Below, piece by piece: positions 57,228-59,401 of a stretch of 59,401 nucleotides of DNA. Origin of the DNA: an uncultured virus (IMG/VR IMGVR_UViG_3300002131_000106) (Duplodnaviria > Heunggongvirae > Uroviricota > Caudoviricetes); the IMG/VR virus record IMGVR_UViG_3300002131_000106, one strand, 5' to 3'. The stretch's first letter is position 1. Each line of letters starts with the position of its first letter. The position numbers and the translations under genes are program-made. Below the pieces are notes generated by a model, which saw only the letters and a list, made by a program, of their open reading frames with translations, ran no database searches and was not told where the DNA came from.

Positions 57228-58133
57228 ATGTCATTTGCAAATCTAAAAAGTAACCGAGGCTCATCAATCGATGCGCTTGTTAAAGCTGCAGAAGCAGTAT
57301 CATCTCCCAAATCAGAATCTAAAGGCTATGGCGATGACCGATTCTGGGCACCGACCCGAGACAAAGCTGGTAATGGTTATGCAGTAATCCGCTTCCTGCC
57401 CGCTAAGGCAGGCGAAGACCTTCCTTGGGTTCGATATTGGGATCACGGGTTTAAAGGCCCAACCGGTCTTTGGTATATCGAGAATTCTTTAACTTCAGTA
57501 GGTCAGCAAGACCCAGTATCAGAGTCTAACTCTGTTCTCTGGAACACTGGTCGAGACGAAGACAAAGCTATTGCTCGCGACCGCAAGCGCCGACTACATC
57601 ATGTAAGTAACGTTCTTATTGTATCTGATCCTGCACACCCTGAAAATGAGGGTAAGGTAATGCTCTATAAGTTTGGTAAAAAGATCTTTGATAAGATCAT
57701 GGATGTTATGCAGCCGCAGTTTGCTGATGAAGATCCTGTTAACCCATATGACTTCTGGGAAGGAGCAGACTTTAAGATCAAGATTCGTAAGGTGGAAGGA
57801 TGGGTAAACTATGACAAGTCTGAGTTTGCTAGTCCATCAGCTTTATATTCAGGGGAAGAAGATCGTCTTGAAGAGATTTATAATAAGCTTTACTCTTTAA
57901 AAGACTTTGTAGATCCTAAGAATTATAAATCTTATGATGAATTAAAGGCTAAGTTCAATCGTGTGGTTGGAGCGGATGCAGGAGTGTCTATGGAGATGCC
58001 TATGGCTTCTATGCCTGTAGTAGAGCAATCCCCATTCTCAGCCTCTGTAGAATCATCCCCTATGGTAGAAGATTCTTCTAGCAGTGAAGATGATACTTTA
58101 AGCTACTTTGCTAAGCTAGCACAAAGCGAATAA
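57228..58133 (+). CDS. gp32: single-stranded DNA-binding protein (gp32-like)
   Basis: DDRFW, GNGYAVIRFLP, WYIENS, FGKKIFDKI, NYDKSEF, acidic tail. Confidence 0.96.
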   Translation: MSFANLKSNRGSSIDALVKAAEAVSSPKSESKGYGDDRFWAPTRDKAGNGYAVIRFLPAKAGEDLPWVRYWDHGFKGPTGLWYIENSLTSVGQQDPVSESNSVLWNTGRDEDKAIARDRKRRLHHVSNVLIVSDPAHPENEGKVMLYKFGKKIFDKIMDVMQPQFADEDPVNPYDFWEGADFKIKIRKVEGWVNYDKSEFASPSALYSGEEDRLEEIYNKLYSLKDFVDPKNYKSYDELKAKFNRVVGADAGVSMEMPMASMPVVEQSPFSASVESSPMVEDSSSSEDDTLSYFAKLAQSE

Positions 58134-58162
58134 TAATAACGGTTAGACAACATGGAAGTTTT

Positions 58163-58191
58163 AAAGGGAGACATTGCGTCTCCCTTTTTTT
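58163..58191. terminator. bidirectional intrinsic terminator
   Basis: AAAGGGAGAC-attgc-GTCTCCCTTTTTT between convergent genes. Confidence 0.85.
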
Positions 58192-59401
58192 ACCTTGCAG
58201 AAATACTAGCTAGAGTCATTGATGCCCTAGATGTAGGCATCTGCATAATATTAGTTACAGTAGAGTTGCTGGTAGGAGCATTACTAGTTTGAGATATTAC
58301 CTGTGATACATTAGATACCGCTGCTTTATTAGAAGCATCATTATCCCTTGACATATTATTTAATGCATCACCCGTATTTACAGTTGGTACGCTGAGTGAT
58401 GGCTGAGTTTGAGCCCCCTGTATTTCTATTGGGGTTAATGTTTGTATTCCTAGTGCTTGACCTGGTATAGCTTCCACAACTGGCTGTTGGACTAAGGGGG
58501 TTAGAGGCTGAACATCTGCTCCAGTATCTTCCGATTCTTTTTTCTTGTCTCTTTCTATCTGCTCTGCAGCCTGCTTTGCATTAACTTTCTCAAGGTTATC
58601 AGTAGCCATAGTACTTAATTTATATTGAGATAAATCAGGCATGTCAAAACCTAGGAACTCTGCAATTGCACCGCCGTACTTGTCGACAAAACCTATAATA
58701 CCGTTAATAACACTTACGAACATATTCACAAGACTACCAAAGGCATCTTTCATTCCAGCTATGGCCCAGTCAAACATATCACCATAAGAGTCAAAGCCAC
58801 CAAGATTTTTTACAGCAAACATTAGTAGTCCAACAATACCTGCTATCGCTAATCCGATTAGTACGAATGGTGCCATTGCTCCAAAAATAGCAGTGAAGGT
58901 AGCCATAATGCCGGGTATTAAAGTCCCCATCATGAACAGTCTAACTACCTGCAGAGCCTTGACTACTTTGCTTAGTACTCCAAATATACTACTGAATGCA
59001 CCGATAATTGGACCGGCAAAGTAAGCAGCTAGACCTGCAATAATTCCTGCAATAGCTAATCCGTGACCTTCGAATTTTTTTAATCCCCCTGCTAAATCTC
59101 CCTGAAAGATTAAAATGATTCCACTAAAGATATCTGACACAATGTTCATAACATCCATCATTATTTTTGCAAACTTTTCAGGGTCGGTAAACAGCATGAA
59201 CATTCCTGCGAGACCAGCTAGAAACCCTACGCCTTTAACAGCGCCTTGTCCAAGGTTGGTTATCCCTGAAGATACATCTTTTAATGAAGCTTGCATGCTT
59301 AGAAAGATATCCGTTTGTTCGTCGCTTGCTTTGGCAGCTTCTCTTCTTTTCTCTTCGGACTCTGTTGACTTACCTAATTCTTCAAGCTGCTTTGTAGCGG
59401 C
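58190..59401 (-). CDS. partial tail tape-measure/baseplate-hub-like protein (5' end outside window)
   Basis: frame open to the window edge; Gly/Ala-rich hydrophobic helices and low-complexity tail; convergent with gp32. Confidence 0.55.
   Translation of the reverse strand, partial: AATKQLEELGKSTESEEKRREAAKASDEQTDIFLSMQASLKDVSSGITNLGQGAVKGVGFLAGLAGMFMLFTDPEKFAKIMMDVMNIVSDIFSGIILIFQGDLAGGLKKFEGHGLAIAGIIAGLAAYFAGPIIGAFSSIFGVLSKVVKALQVVRLFMMGTLIPGIMATFTAIFGAMAPFVLIGLAIAGIVGLLMFAVKNLGGFDSYGDMFDWAIAGMKDAFGSLVNMFVSVINGIIGFVDKYGGAIAEFLGFDMPDLSQYKLSTMATDNLEKVNAKQAAEQIERDKKKESEDTGADVQPLTPLVQQPVVEAIPGQALGIQTLTPIEIQGAQTQPSLSVPTVNTGDALNNMSRDNDASNKAAVSNVSQVISQTSNAPTSNSTVTNIMQMPTSRASMTLASISAR

Noticed and set aside
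1..59401. Stop-codon reassignment
   Set aside because: Core genes are full length in the standard code and TAA, TAG and TGA all terminate genes; no suppressor tRNA seen

Overview
59.4-kb segment of a T4-like (myovirus-type) dsDNA phage genome, probably aquatic and infecting a proteobacterium (host is inference only). Nearly all genes are on the + strand. It has T4-like replication and expression genes (gp44, gp62, regA, gp43, uvsX, gp41, dsbA, rnh, ligase, gp33, gp59, gp32) and nucleotide metabolism genes (nrdA, nrdB, glutaredoxin, thyX, dCMP deaminase). Accessory genes include hsp20, rpsU, phoH, iscU and a lipase, plus spanins, a lysozyme and three tRNAs. There are about 19 copies of a GGGG-TTTACA-N17-TATAAT early promoter and several TATAAATA late promoters. 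Most interesting: (1) a candidate novel cytosine-modification operon (dCMP-type thymidylate-synthase homolog, AsnB-like amidotransferase, Nmad1-like protein, nuclease-like ORF) next to a separate ThyX; (2) a late cluster of six exported proteins including pilin-like and chaperone-like members; (3) a run of enzymes carrying T4-type capsid-targeting N-termini; (4) a paralog pair that differs exactly by a C-terminal Hint domain; (5) a ROSE-like thermometer on hsp20 and extra upstream boxes on promoters with a weak -35. All assignments come from motif recognition by eye; no searches were run.
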